Origin: Rickettsia typhi
GTDB lineage: Bacteria > Pseudomonadota > Alphaproteobacteria > Rickettsiales > UBA1997
Reading direction: 5' to 3'
Length of the DNA: 51,051 bases
Assembly (NCBI GenBank): GCA_945874115.1
Contig: CAMCFD010000001.1
Coordinates: 1-51,051, forward strand
Under the pieces are notes generated by a model. The model did no database searches and had not been told where the DNA came from. It saw only the letters and a program-made list of their open reading frames with translations. Of this stretch, positions 18,343-26,430 are shown piece by piece. The position numbers were made by a program, and so were the translations under genes. The first letter of the stretch is position 1. The number at the start of each line of letters is the position of its first letter.

Positions 18343-19141
18343 AAACCTCGCGAACTTTTTTCATTTCTTCATATAAAACTTCGAATTCAGGAATTTCTTC
18401 GTCCCATTCAACTAAAGTCGGAATTGCTAATTTTTTCGCAGAGAATTTTTTGTATAACTCAAAAACTTCGTCGCAAATTTGCGTGCTGTGCGTGTCGATT
18501 CTAATTTCTTGTCCATCAAAATTGCTGACGCTGTGCCCGGCTAGATGAATTTCTTTGACGCTGTTAATGTCAATGTTTTCTAAGTATTTAAAAGCATCGA
18601 AACCGAAGTTTTTTGCGCTCACAAAAATATTATTTATGTCTAGTAAAATCGCGCAATTTGTTTGTTTTGCGACTTCGTTTATAAAATCAACTTCGCTAAA
18701 ATCGGCGTCTTCGAACTCGAGATAGGCTGACGGATTTTCGATCAAAATTTGACGTCCGAAAAAATTTTGAGCAGACTTCACGTTGTCGCAAAAAATCTGC
18801 AAAGCTTCTTTGGTGTATGGAATTGGTAATAAATCGTTGGAAACGCCTTTATCAGAAGAGCTCCACGACAGATGATCTGAAAGTAAAATCGGCTTAAATT
18901 GGTCGCAAAGATTTTTAATGTTGGCCAAATGTTTTTTGTCAAGACCGACGGCTGATCCAAGAGACAAGCCAACGCAGTGAAAGCTTAACGGGTAAAGTTG
19001 CGATATTTTGTCTAGAAATTCGATTGAAGCACCGCCATTTGCGATAAAATTTTCGCTGTGGATTTCAAAAAATCCAACATCTGGTTTTTGCGTTAAAACA
19101 GTGTTGTGATGAGGGTGTCTTAAACCTAGACCGAAAAGCAT
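18329..19141 (-). CDS. DUF692 / multinuclear non-heme iron-dependent oxidase (MNIO, MbnB/BufB-like)
   Basis: 'MLFGLGLRHPHH', 'FFEIHSENF', 'LSFHCVGLSLGS', 'LSDHLSW', 'NDLLPIPYT', 'ILIENPSAY', 'LLDINNIFVSAKN', 'EIHLAGH', 'IDTHS' and 'TLVEWDEEIP' fit the DUF692 TIM-barrel family. I prefer the ATG at 19141; the track ORF extends to a TTG at 19186. Confidence 0.85.
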   Translation of the reverse strand: MLFGLGLRHPHHNTVLTQKPDVGFFEIHSENFIANGGASIEFLDKISQLYPLSFHCVGLSLGSAVGLDKKHLANIKNLCDQFKPILLSDHLSWSSSDKGVSNDLLPIPYTKEALQIFCDNVKSAQNFFGRQILIENPSAYLEFEDADFSEVDFINEVAKQTNCAILLDINNIFVSAKNFGFDAFKYLENIDINSVKEIHLAGHSVSNFDGQEIRIDTHSTQICDEVFELYKKFSAKKLAIPTLVEWDEEIPEFEVLYEEMKKVREVYEKS

Positions 19142-19209
19142 TTGAGTGATATTTATGAAGCAAAAGAACAAGGGTAATTTTTGCAATCACCCTTGTTTAA
19201 AATCAAAAA

Positions 19210-19458
19210 CTATTTTGCACTTTTGCAAGAATGTTTAGCTTTAGAAGAGCAAGAAGATTTTCCTTCTTTTTTCTTTGAAGCATCTTCTCTTTTTGCTGAA
19301 TTAGTTGAAGCAGCTTGTTTAGAAGAGCAAGAAGCTTTTTCTGTTTTTTTAGAAGCGCATTTGTGCTTTTCAGTCATTTTGCAAGCTGACAAGCCAGAGG
19401 CCAAAACTACGCCAGCAATTGCTAGTTTCGCAGATTCTAAAAATAATTTTCTAGACAT
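19210..19458 (-). CDS. Small secreted Lys/Ser/Cys-repeat peptide (putative lipoprotein; candidate second RiPP precursor)
   Basis: 82 aa with signal peptide 'MSRKLFLESAKLAIAGVVLASGLSAC' (lipobox LSAC). The tail carries four more Cys in K-x-x-C-[AS]-SK contexts. The internal DNA repeat 'tttagaagagcaagaag' occurs twice (about 19241 and 19318). The ORF is co-oriented with the MNIO gene and ends 68 nt before its ATG (23 nt if the TTG at 19186 is used). Confidence 0.5.
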   Translation of the reverse strand: MSRKLFLESAKLAIAGVVLASGLSACKMTEKHKCASKKTEKASCSSKQAASTNSAKREDASKKKEGKSSCSSKAKHSCKSAK

Positions 19459-19561
19459 AGATATAGATTGTTTAAGTTAATAATTTAAAAAGATCAAAGA
19501 AAGAGGTTCTTAAAAACCACTGCCTAAGAAAGATGTTATACTTGCTGTTTTCTATTTTCAA

Positions 19562-19819
19562 CTAAACTTTTGGTTTTTTTGAGCCGTTGACTAATCTTTC
19601 GCAAATTCCCTCTGGAAGAAGAACCCATTCAGATTTGTCGCTATCAATTGAAGCCGCTCCAGCGCAAGAGTGCCCACCTTTTTTAGCTGAACTACAGTCG
19701 TTTTTCCCAGCTTTTACTACGCCATAACATTTTTCCATTTTTTCATCGGCGAAAGACGCGCTTGATGAAGCTAGAGCTATTCCGGTTAGTGCGAGAGTTA
19801 AAAATTTTTGTTTTTTCAT
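19562..19819 (-). CDS. DUF2282-type signal-peptide-bearing 4-Cys peptide (bufferin/BufA1-like RiPP precursor)
   Basis: 85 aa with signal peptide 'MKKQKFLTLALTGIALASSSASFA'. It then has 'EKCYGVVKAGKNDCSS..GGHSCAGAAS....EWVLLPEGICERL', the four-Cys DUF2282 pattern. Confidence 0.8.
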   Translation of the reverse strand: MKKQKFLTLALTGIALASSSASFADEKMEKCYGVVKAGKNDCSSAKKGGHSCAGAASIDSDKSEWVLLPEGICERLVNGSKKPKV

Positions 19820-19974
19820 GATCGATATTTTAAAAAATTAATATTAAAATTTATTGCATTTTTGACTAAGAATTGCTAAAATCGTGCTAATTTTAAGAGT
19901 TTGTTTTTTTATAAATAAGATTTAAGTCCTTTAAAATAAAAGAGTTGAGCCTGTTTTTAAAAAAATAAAAAACT

Positions 19975-19992
19975 ATACAGACTTGTCTATAT
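19975..19992. promoter_or_regulatory. Imperfect inverted repeat (ATACAGAC-TT-GTCTATAT), candidate TetR operator
   Basis: Arms match 7 of 8 positions around a 2-nt centre. The repeat lies 46 nt upstream of the TetR ATG, inside the 218-nt divergent intergenic region shared with the peptide operon. Confidence 0.35.
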
Positions 19993-20037
19993 ATAAAAAT
20001 AATAATGATTATAAAAATTTTGTCAAGTTCTTAGTTT

Positions 20038-20583
20038 ATGAATAATAAAAAACGTAAAATTATAGAAACATCTTTCGAGCTTTTCTGCAGCAATGGATTT
20101 AACGCGACCGGAATAAATATTATCATCGATAAATCGAAAGTTAGTAAAATGATGATGTATTATTATTTTAAAAATAAAGAAGAGTTGATTATTGAGGTTC
20201 TTGAGTTTGCGCATAATATTTTTGTCGAAAATGTTTTGCAAAAAGTTGAAAAATCGAAGCTTTCTGCAAAGAAAAAAATTCTTAGTTTATTCGAGATTTT
20301 GTTTGAAATTAGTAAAGAAAAAGATTTGGTCAGGTGTGTTTTTATAAATGCGACGGCAGAATTTTCTGATATTAAAAATCCGATTCATCGAGTTACGATA
20401 AAGCACCAAAAGTCAATCGAAGATTTTATCAAGAATGCGTTAAAAAAAGATGGATTCACTGATGTAAAATATTTAGCAAGAACTATAAACTTAACCCTGC
20501 AAGGAGCGCTGGTTATGGTTCAAACGACAAATGATAAAAAATATTATCTTGACGCCAAGAAGCTTGTTGCCAAAATTTTATAA
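20038..20583 (+). CDS. TetR/AcrR family transcriptional regulator
   Basis: 181 aa. The N-terminal HTH 'IIETSFELFCSNGFNATGINIIIDKSKVSKMMMYYYFKNKEELI' is a typical TetR_N domain. Confidence 0.85.
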   Translation: MNNKKRKIIETSFELFCSNGFNATGINIIIDKSKVSKMMMYYYFKNKEELIIEVLEFAHNIFVENVLQKVEKSKLSAKKKILSLFEILFEISKEKDLVRCVFINATAEFSDIKNPIHRVTIKHQKSIEDFIKNALKKDGFTDVKYLARTINLTLQGALVMVQTTNDKKYYLDAKKLVAKIL

Positions 20584-20587
20584 TTTT

Positions 20588-21100
20588 TTATTGCAATAGT
20601 CTGAACAAATTTGTGTTTAAATTTTCGGGAACAATCATAATTGGAACGTGAATTTTTGTGCCGATTTTTTGAGCCATTCTAGGCAAGACAGTGTTGTCGC
20701 TTTGTGAATTATGAGACTTTCCAAAGACAACCATAACGCAACAAGGATTTGCTCTTACTTCTCTAATAATCTCGTTGGCGATATCTCCTTCACGGATTGA
20801 AACCACAGGCAAAAAATCAATTTCTTTGTTAACTTCGTCGATTAATTTGCTTAAATATTTCTCAAGTTGGGTGCGTTTTTCTTTGCCAATTGTGTGCGAT
20901 CCGAAAAGTAAATTTTTGTGCGAAGATTCTAATACTGATAAAATCTGCACGCTAAATCCTAGTCTTTTTGCTTTTAGGCAGGCATATTTCAATGTTATCG
21001 CGGAAGCGTTTGTGGTGTCGATGCACACCAAAATTGTTGGCACATTATCACCTTGACATTTTTCCTGTTGTGAATTTTCCATATTTTTTTTATCCGTCAT
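20588..21100 (-). CDS. Universal stress protein (UspA-like)
   Basis: 170 aa with 'ILVCIDTTNAS', 'VMVVFGKSHNS' and 'VPIMIVPE', the USP alpha/beta fold pattern. Confidence 0.65.
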   Translation of the reverse strand: MTDKKNMENSQQEKCQGDNVPTILVCIDTTNASAITLKYACLKAKRLGFSVQILSVLESSHKNLLFGSHTIGKEKRTQLEKYLSKLIDEVNKEIDFLPVVSIREGDIANEIIREVRANPCCVMVVFGKSHNSQSDNTVLPRMAQKIGTKIHVPIMIVPENLNTNLFRLLQ

Positions 21101-21108
21101 AATTAAAA

Positions 21109-21855
21109 TTATTTTCCAATAAAACGAGCGAAGAAATAATTAGCTAACCAGCCAATTAATAAAGCAATTATAACTGATAACAGACCGTATAAAAGTGGTT
21201 GTTGATAAGCATAATCTGAAATTTGAGCACTTAACCCGATTTGATTAACGTAAATTGGGATTGACTGAAATGACGTTAAATTATCTTCGTTGATTAAATA
21301 AATTTCAACGATGTAAACTCCGCGCGAAATATTTTTTGGGAAATCTAAAATTACTTTGAATAAGGTTTCGTCAAGAAAGTCTATTTTGTTGACTCCGACC
21401 GAATAAAGATTTTCTTTTTCGAGCTTTTCTATAAGTTGCAAAGTGAATTCATTTTCGTTTACTTCTTTTTCTTCTTTATTTTTGAAGGTTTCGAATTTTA
21501 TATTTCCCGTTCCAAGTTCGAGCTGAGACAATAGTGAGTTGGTAGTTTTGTTGTCGTCAAAGGTTGAAAAAATTGAATAATAGCTAAACGAGTCTTTGAA
21601 TTTTACTCTTTTTCCGTTATACCAAACTCCGAGTAATTTTTCTTTTTTTGTGACGAGGAAGTTTTTTTTCGGTCCGCGCACAGTAATTACAATGTTTCCA
21701 GCGTCACCTTTCGCTCCGAACAAAAGAATTTTTGTGCCGTTAAATTTTGTGTCGATGTTTATTTCATTGGTTGAAATGCCCGAAACGATTGGTTGCGCGC
21801 TTAGTGTCGAGATTTTGAATAATAATATAGCGGCCAATAAAAAAATTTTTTTCAT
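21109..21855 (-). CDS. TIGR02186 / Alph_Pro_TM family membrane protein
   Basis: 248 aa with a signal peptide, 'ILLFGAKGDAGNIVITVRGP', 'LGVWYN' and a C-terminal TM helix. It sits immediately after a TSUP gene, as is usual in alphaproteobacteria. Confidence 0.55.
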   Translation of the reverse strand: MKKIFLLAAILLFKISTLSAQPIVSGISTNEINIDTKFNGTKILLFGAKGDAGNIVITVRGPKKNFLVTKKEKLLGVWYNGKRVKFKDSFSYYSIFSTFDDNKTTNSLLSQLELGTGNIKFETFKNKEEKEVNENEFTLQLIEKLEKENLYSVGVNKIDFLDETLFKVILDFPKNISRGVYIVEIYLINEDNLTSFQSIPIYVNQIGLSAQISDYAYQQPLLYGLLSVIIALLIGWLANYFFARFIGK

Positions 21856-22806
21856 CTATTTTAGCATTTCAATTACGAACAAACTTTCTGGTCTTGTGAA
21901 TAAGTTTAGGAATATTTTGAAACATACGCCAAAAAGCAATAAAGCAAGGAATGATCGCATTTTGTCGGCGTCGAGGCGATATCCGGTTCTGGTTCCGATT
22001 TGTGCGCCAATCGATGAGCTTATGATTAATAAAAACGCCAAAACGATATCGACGGTTTTATTGCTGTAAGCCTGCAAAAAAGTTGTGTTGCTTGCGATGA
22101 AAATGATTTGAAAAAGCGATGTTCCAACCACGACATTTGAAGGCATTCTTAAAATGTAAATCATGGCGGGAATCATTAAAAATCCGCCGCCAATGCCCAT
22201 TAAGGCGACTAAAATTCCGATTCCAATACTTAAAATTATTGGCACGATAAGACTGACTTCGATTCCTGATTTTGGGAAATAAATTTTATAGGGAAGGTTG
22301 TCTAATTTTGTGAGAAATTTCTTAAAAAAGGCGCTGCATTTCTTGTTTTTTTTGTCGTCATCATCTTCGAATGAGAGTTGATATTTTCTCGATAAAATCA
22401 TCTTTATGTTGTCGAAGAGCATGAGGGTGCTGATTGAGCCGAGAAATAAGACGTAGGTGATTCCGACAACGAGATCGATGTCGCCTGATTTTTGAAGGAC
22501 TCGAAAAATTGAAACGCCAAGTGTCGAGCCGATGAAACCGCCAATTAACAGGAAGCCGCCCATTTTTATGTCTACGCCGCCTTTTTTTAATTGCGCGAAA
22601 AGGCCGGAAACCGAGGCCGCGACGATTTGATTCGCCGATGTTGCGACCGCAATCGCTGGCGAAATGCCGATGAACATCAAAAACGGGGTTGTTAGAAATC
22701 CGCCGCCAATCCCGAACATTCCTGCTAAAAAGCCCGTGAAAAGGCCGAGGGCAAGGATAAGTAAGACGTTAATAGGAATTTCTGCAATCGGTAAATAAAT
22801 TTGCAT
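21856..22806 (-). CDS. TSUP (TauE/SafE) family anion exporter
   Basis: 316 aa arranged as two 4-TM halves, each carrying a 'G(M)FGIGGGFL' motif, separated by a charged loop. Confidence 0.8.
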   Translation of the reverse strand: MQIYLPIAEIPINVLLILALGLFTGFLAGMFGIGGGFLTTPFLMFIGISPAIAVATSANQIVAASVSGLFAQLKKGGVDIKMGGFLLIGGFIGSTLGVSIFRVLQKSGDIDLVVGITYVLFLGSISTLMLFDNIKMILSRKYQLSFEDDDDKKNKKCSAFFKKFLTKLDNLPYKIYFPKSGIEVSLIVPIILSIGIGILVALMGIGGGFLMIPAMIYILRMPSNVVVGTSLFQIIFIASNTTFLQAYSNKTVDIVLAFLLIISSSIGAQIGTRTGYRLDADKMRSFLALLLFGVCFKIFLNLFTRPESLFVIEMLK

Positions 22807-23660
22807 TAATTTATAATCGTTAATTTATTTTTTTCTTCCGTGACGCAAAGATTGTTCGAGTCTTGCGTTTCATTTTCGGTTTTTAATAAGGCTAGCGCGC
22901 TTAGTTTATCGCCAAATTTAACTGAAGATAATATTATCCCAATGTTTTTTCCTTCGCAATAGATTTCGCAATTTTTTTCAATTTGCTCTAAATTGTCGAT
23001 TTCTACGTGGAAGAGTTTTTTTCTAACTTGTCCCAAATGATGAGTTCGCGCCGTTAATTCTTGGCCAACATAACAGCCTTTTTGATAATCGATTGCGCTT
23101 AATTCATCGAATCCAAATTCTAAAATTATCGATTTTTCATAAGTTAAATCATGTTCGCTTTCGGCTATTTTTAAGGAAATTCGTCTAAAATGATATTTTT
23201 TATCATCTTTTTCGAGTAAATTTTCGTCAATTTTTTGCGCCACATAAATTCTTTTTCCCATATTTTTGTTACGCGCGTCTTCAAATATCATGGCATTTGC
23301 AAGATTTTTGTCTAAATCTTCATTGTCATTTTTATCGCTAAAATATGAAAAAACTTGCAATTCATCATTTTTTTTCAGTACAACATCGGCTTTTAATTTA
23401 TAAAAAGTTAGTTTTTTCATGATCTCGTCTCGTCTCGATTTTAAGCAATCGACAAATAAAATTCCATCTTTTTCGAAGATGAAAATATCGTATAAAAATC
23501 GGCCTTGAGCGTTTAACATTGCGGCGTATAAGAGCTTTGACGACGAAGCGCTATTGATGTCGTTTGAAATTAATCCCTGCAAAAACTTTTTTGCGTCTTT
23601 GCCTTTGATTTCAATGATTGCGCGATCTTGGAGTAGAATTAATTTGTTATTCATTTTCAA
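22806..23660 (-). CDS. ygfZ: Folate-binding YgfZ family protein (Fe-S cluster repair/tRNA modification, GcvT-like fold)
   Basis: 284 aa with the signature 'QKGCYVGQELTAR'. Confidence 0.75.
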   Translation of the reverse strand: MKMNNKLILLQDRAIIEIKGKDAKKFLQGLISNDINSASSSKLLYAAMLNAQGRFLYDIFIFEKDGILFVDCLKSRRDEIMKKLTFYKLKADVVLKKNDELQVFSYFSDKNDNEDLDKNLANAMIFEDARNKNMGKRIYVAQKIDENLLEKDDKKYHFRRISLKIAESEHDLTYEKSIILEFGFDELSAIDYQKGCYVGQELTARTHHLGQVRKKLFHVEIDNLEQIEKNCEIYCEGKNIGIILSSVKFGDKLSALALLKTENETQDSNNLCVTEEKNKLTIIN

Positions 23661-24660
23661 GCATTTGTTTAAGATTTTTTTCTAATTTGGCTAAATCGAC
23701 AAAAAAAGTTGACATGTGAGTGTCGGTTTGGCCGCTGTGAAATTTCGATTCGTGATAAAAATAATTAAAATTAATTAGCGAGGCCAATCCAAAATATTCG
23801 GTGACTGGTCTTCCGTTGTTTGGTTCGGTGGCAATTTCAAGAATTGACGAATTTTCTTTCATAAATAAAATATTGGTAAGGCCGGCTCCGTGTGGGCTTA
23901 CGACATATTTTGCGCCGCGCATAATGTTAACTTGGTCTTGATATGAAAATTTTTCGGCGATGATTTTTTTGAAGCCATATTTTTGCAGCAACTCGACGAC
24001 TTCTTTTTCATTTTCGACGAAGCGCAATTTTTGTCCTTCGCGCGAAATATATATTTTTTCGCCAAAACCCAAATCTTTCGTGGCGCTAGTTTTTAGAATG
24101 GTTTCGCGCACTTTCACCAAAGCTTGCGGATAATATTGTGGCATTTTTACCAGTGCCAATTCTTTCGTTTTAATATTTGATTTTTTTGGTAAAAAAACAA
24201 TTTGTTTTTCGTCAATTCCAAATATTTTCAAGCTTGGCAAAACGAATTTATAACTTTTATATTTTTTTGGCAAAAACAAAACCGCGTCTTTTGCGGTTCC
24301 TGCAGTTTGTAAAATCACGAGTTTCTGAAGCGTAAAAATGTGCCAGTGATAATAATTGCTAGTCCATTCGTCAGTAATTAGCAAAAATCTTTTTTTGCTA
24401 AAATTAAATTTCGGGAAAATAAATTTCAGAAAAAATTTATAGCCTTTTTGATATTTTTCAAAATTTACAACGCTTATACAACTTTCTCGCAAAATTTTAA
24501 AATATTGGAAGGCGACGCTATTTGTCGCGATTCGAAAGTTTTTCTTCAAAATAATTTCTGGCTTATAAAAATTAACTGATTTAATATCTTTGAATATATC
24601 AAATTCGCTATCATTTGGATCAAAATTTTTCGGTAAAATATATTTATAATCGTTTTTCAT
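23647..24660 (-). CDS. Glycosyltransferase family 61 (DUF563)
   Basis: 337 aa with 'NYYHWHIFTLQKL' and 'VVSPHGAGLTNILFM', both typical of DUF563/GT61. Confidence 0.65.
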   Translation of the reverse strand: MKNDYKYILPKNFDPNDSEFDIFKDIKSVNFYKPEIILKKNFRIATNSVAFQYFKILRESCISVVNFEKYQKGYKFFLKFIFPKFNFSKKRFLLITDEWTSNYYHWHIFTLQKLVILQTAGTAKDAVLFLPKKYKSYKFVLPSLKIFGIDEKQIVFLPKKSNIKTKELALVKMPQYYPQALVKVRETILKTSATKDLGFGEKIYISREGQKLRFVENEKEVVELLQKYGFKKIIAEKFSYQDQVNIMRGAKYVVSPHGAGLTNILFMKENSSILEIATEPNNGRPVTEYFGLASLINFNYFYHESKFHSGQTDTHMSTFFVDLAKLEKNLKQMLENE

Positions 24661-24663
24661 TTT

Positions 24664-25689
24664 ATGAGAATTTTAAACGCAATTCATAATCAGTCAATTG
24701 GCGGCGTTGAGCAAATGTTTCGCAATTATACAATCGCGCTAAAAAATTCTGGCCATGAAGTTGCTTTATTAATTTCGAAGAACAATTATGATTATACAAA
24801 TGTAAAAAGAATTTTCAAACTAAATAATTTCTCGCAAATTTCTGATTTTTTTCATTTATTGTGGATTTTATTGATTTTCCGCCCAAATTTGGTGATTTGC
24901 CATTCAAATCGGATAATGAAGTGGATGAAAATTTTCGCGAAATTTACGCCGATAAAGTCGGTTGCGATCAATCACGGAATCTCTTTTAAAAGCTCGCTTA
25001 ATTGCGATTATATCATTAACATTAATTCTCAAATTCACGAAATGGTTATTGGCGCGGGTTTCAATCGCGAAAATTCTTTTGTGATTGAAAACGTGATCGA
25101 AAATAATTATCCATATCGCGCGCGTCAATTAAACGAAAAAACGCCGGTGATCGCTATGTATGGAAGAATTGAGCCGCGCAAGGGTTTCGATATTTTAATC
25201 AAGGCTGGCGAAATTTTGGCCAAAAAAAATTATGATTTCAGCCTTAAAATTGGTGGTTTTGAAGTTGAGGGAAGTTATGGTTTGCAGAATGTAAAAAATC
25301 TTGCCAAGGATCGCGGCGTTTATGAAAAATGTGATTTTGTCGGAGTAGTTTATGATAAGGCAGATTTTTTCAAAGATGTCGATATTTTTGTTATTCCGTC
25401 TCGTGAAGAGCCTTTTGGCCTTGTGATTCTCGAATCTTTCGCTAATTCGGTTTTAGCGATTTCATCAAATACAATTGGTGGAAAAATGTTAATAAATCAT
25501 GGTGAAGATGGAATTTTATTTGAAAATGAAAATTACGAAAATTTGGCGCAAAAAATAATTTATGCACTTGAAAATAAAGAAAATTATTGTAATTATACCA
25601 AGAAAGCTTACGAAAAATTAGAGAAAAATTTCAATTTTGATGTTTTTTCGGCAAAATTTGGTGATTTTTTGACTAAAACGATGAAATAA
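24664..25689 (+). CDS. Glycosyltransferase family 4 (GT-B, RfaG-like)
   Basis: 341 aa with 'MRILNAIHNQSIGGVEQ', 'YGRIEPRKGFDILI' and 'PSREEPFGLVILESFA' (EX7E motif). Confidence 0.8.
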   Translation: MRILNAIHNQSIGGVEQMFRNYTIALKNSGHEVALLISKNNYDYTNVKRIFKLNNFSQISDFFHLLWILLIFRPNLVICHSNRIMKWMKIFAKFTPIKSVAINHGISFKSSLNCDYIININSQIHEMVIGAGFNRENSFVIENVIENNYPYRARQLNEKTPVIAMYGRIEPRKGFDILIKAGEILAKKNYDFSLKIGGFEVEGSYGLQNVKNLAKDRGVYEKCDFVGVVYDKADFFKDVDIFVIPSREEPFGLVILESFANSVLAISSNTIGGKMLINHGEDGILFENENYENLAQKIIYALENKENYCNYTKKAYEKLEKNFNFDVFSAKFGDFLTKTMK

Positions 25690-25700
25690 TTTGATTTTTC

Positions 25701-25729
25701 TTGTTAAAAAGTTAGAATTTTTTTATAAC
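25701..25729 (+). promoter_or_regulatory. Sigma-70-type promoter candidate (TTGTTA-17 nt-TATAAC) for the lipoprotein array
   Basis: The -35 is at 25701..25706 and the -10 at 25724..25729, about 20 nt upstream of the first lipoprotein ATG. Confidence 0.35.
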
Positions 25730-25749
25730 AAAAGATAAAAAATAAATTA

Positions 25750-26085
25750 ATGACAAATTGTATAAAATATATTCTTGCAGTAACTTTATTTTTTACACTA
25801 GCGGGATGTGAAATTATTTTTGAGAAATCGCCGCGAGGCTGGCCAGCTTTTGAACCAAGACCTCTTGTTGGGGTGAAGAATTTTCCGCCAACTGACACCG
25901 ATTATGGCAAGGGTTTTCGCGGTGGCTGTGGTTCGGCGTGGGACGCGGTTACGAAGGGATTGACTTCTGATGTTAGTCCGAAAGCTATTGATACGCAAAA
26001 AATGGTAAAAAGCCCTGATTACGCCTTGGGTTGGTCGGATGGTTTTGAGCAATGCACTTATATTGTTGACTGGGATGTCGTATAA
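25750..26085 (+). CDS. Small lipoprotein, paralogue 1 of 5 (G-aromatic-x-x-G-C family)
   Basis: 111 aa with lipobox 'LAGC' and motifs 'DYGKGFRGGCGSAWD' and 'DYALGWSDGFEQC'. Confidence 0.7.
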   Translation: MTNCIKYILAVTLFFTLAGCEIIFEKSPRGWPAFEPRPLVGVKNFPPTDTDYGKGFRGGCGSAWDAVTKGLTSDVSPKAIDTQKMVKSPDYALGWSDGFEQCTYIVDWDVV

Positions 26086-26428
26086 AATCCTCAAAAAACA
26101 CAGCTTCATTGTTTTGTTTTTTGTTGTGCTGACATCAATCACTTCATCTTGTCGATTGGTGGGGTTTTATGAGCCAGTTACACTCGATTTAGATATACCG
26201 GACGGTCCAGCTGAATATAAGGCGGGATATCGCGCTGGTTGTCGCTCTGGCCTTGGCGCCGGAAGGGCCTTTGCTGGAGGATTTGTTTATGATCCTGATC
26301 ATGGTACGGGTGTTTATCAGCACGATTCTAACTTTGTTACTGGCTGGAGCCATGGTTGGTTTACCTGCGTAATTCATGCCTCAACTTTCAGTACATTGAA
26401 CGCAATGAAACATGGGCCATTAGAATAA
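26075..26428 (+). CDS. Small lipoprotein, paralogue 2 of 5
   Basis: The ATG at 26075 overlaps the stop codon of paralogue 1 by 11 nt. Signal peptide 'MSYKILKKHSFIVLFFVVLTSITSSC'; motifs 'EYKAGYRAGCRSGLG' and 'NFVTGWSHGWFTC'. Confidence 0.7.
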   Translation: MSYKILKKHSFIVLFFVVLTSITSSCRLVGFYEPVTLDLDIPDGPAEYKAGYRAGCRSGLGAGRAFAGGFVYDPDHGTGVYQHDSNFVTGWSHGWFTCVIHASTFSTLNAMKHGPLE

Positions 26429-26430
26429 TT

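Noticed and set aside
19181-19480. 99-aa plus-strand ORF antisense to the Lys/Ser/Cys peptide ORF.
   Set aside because: It has no signal peptide or known motif, an acidic repetitive sequence that mirrors the K/S repeats of the other strand, and the wrong orientation relative to the surrounding operon. It is kept only as the alternative hypothesis in the finding.
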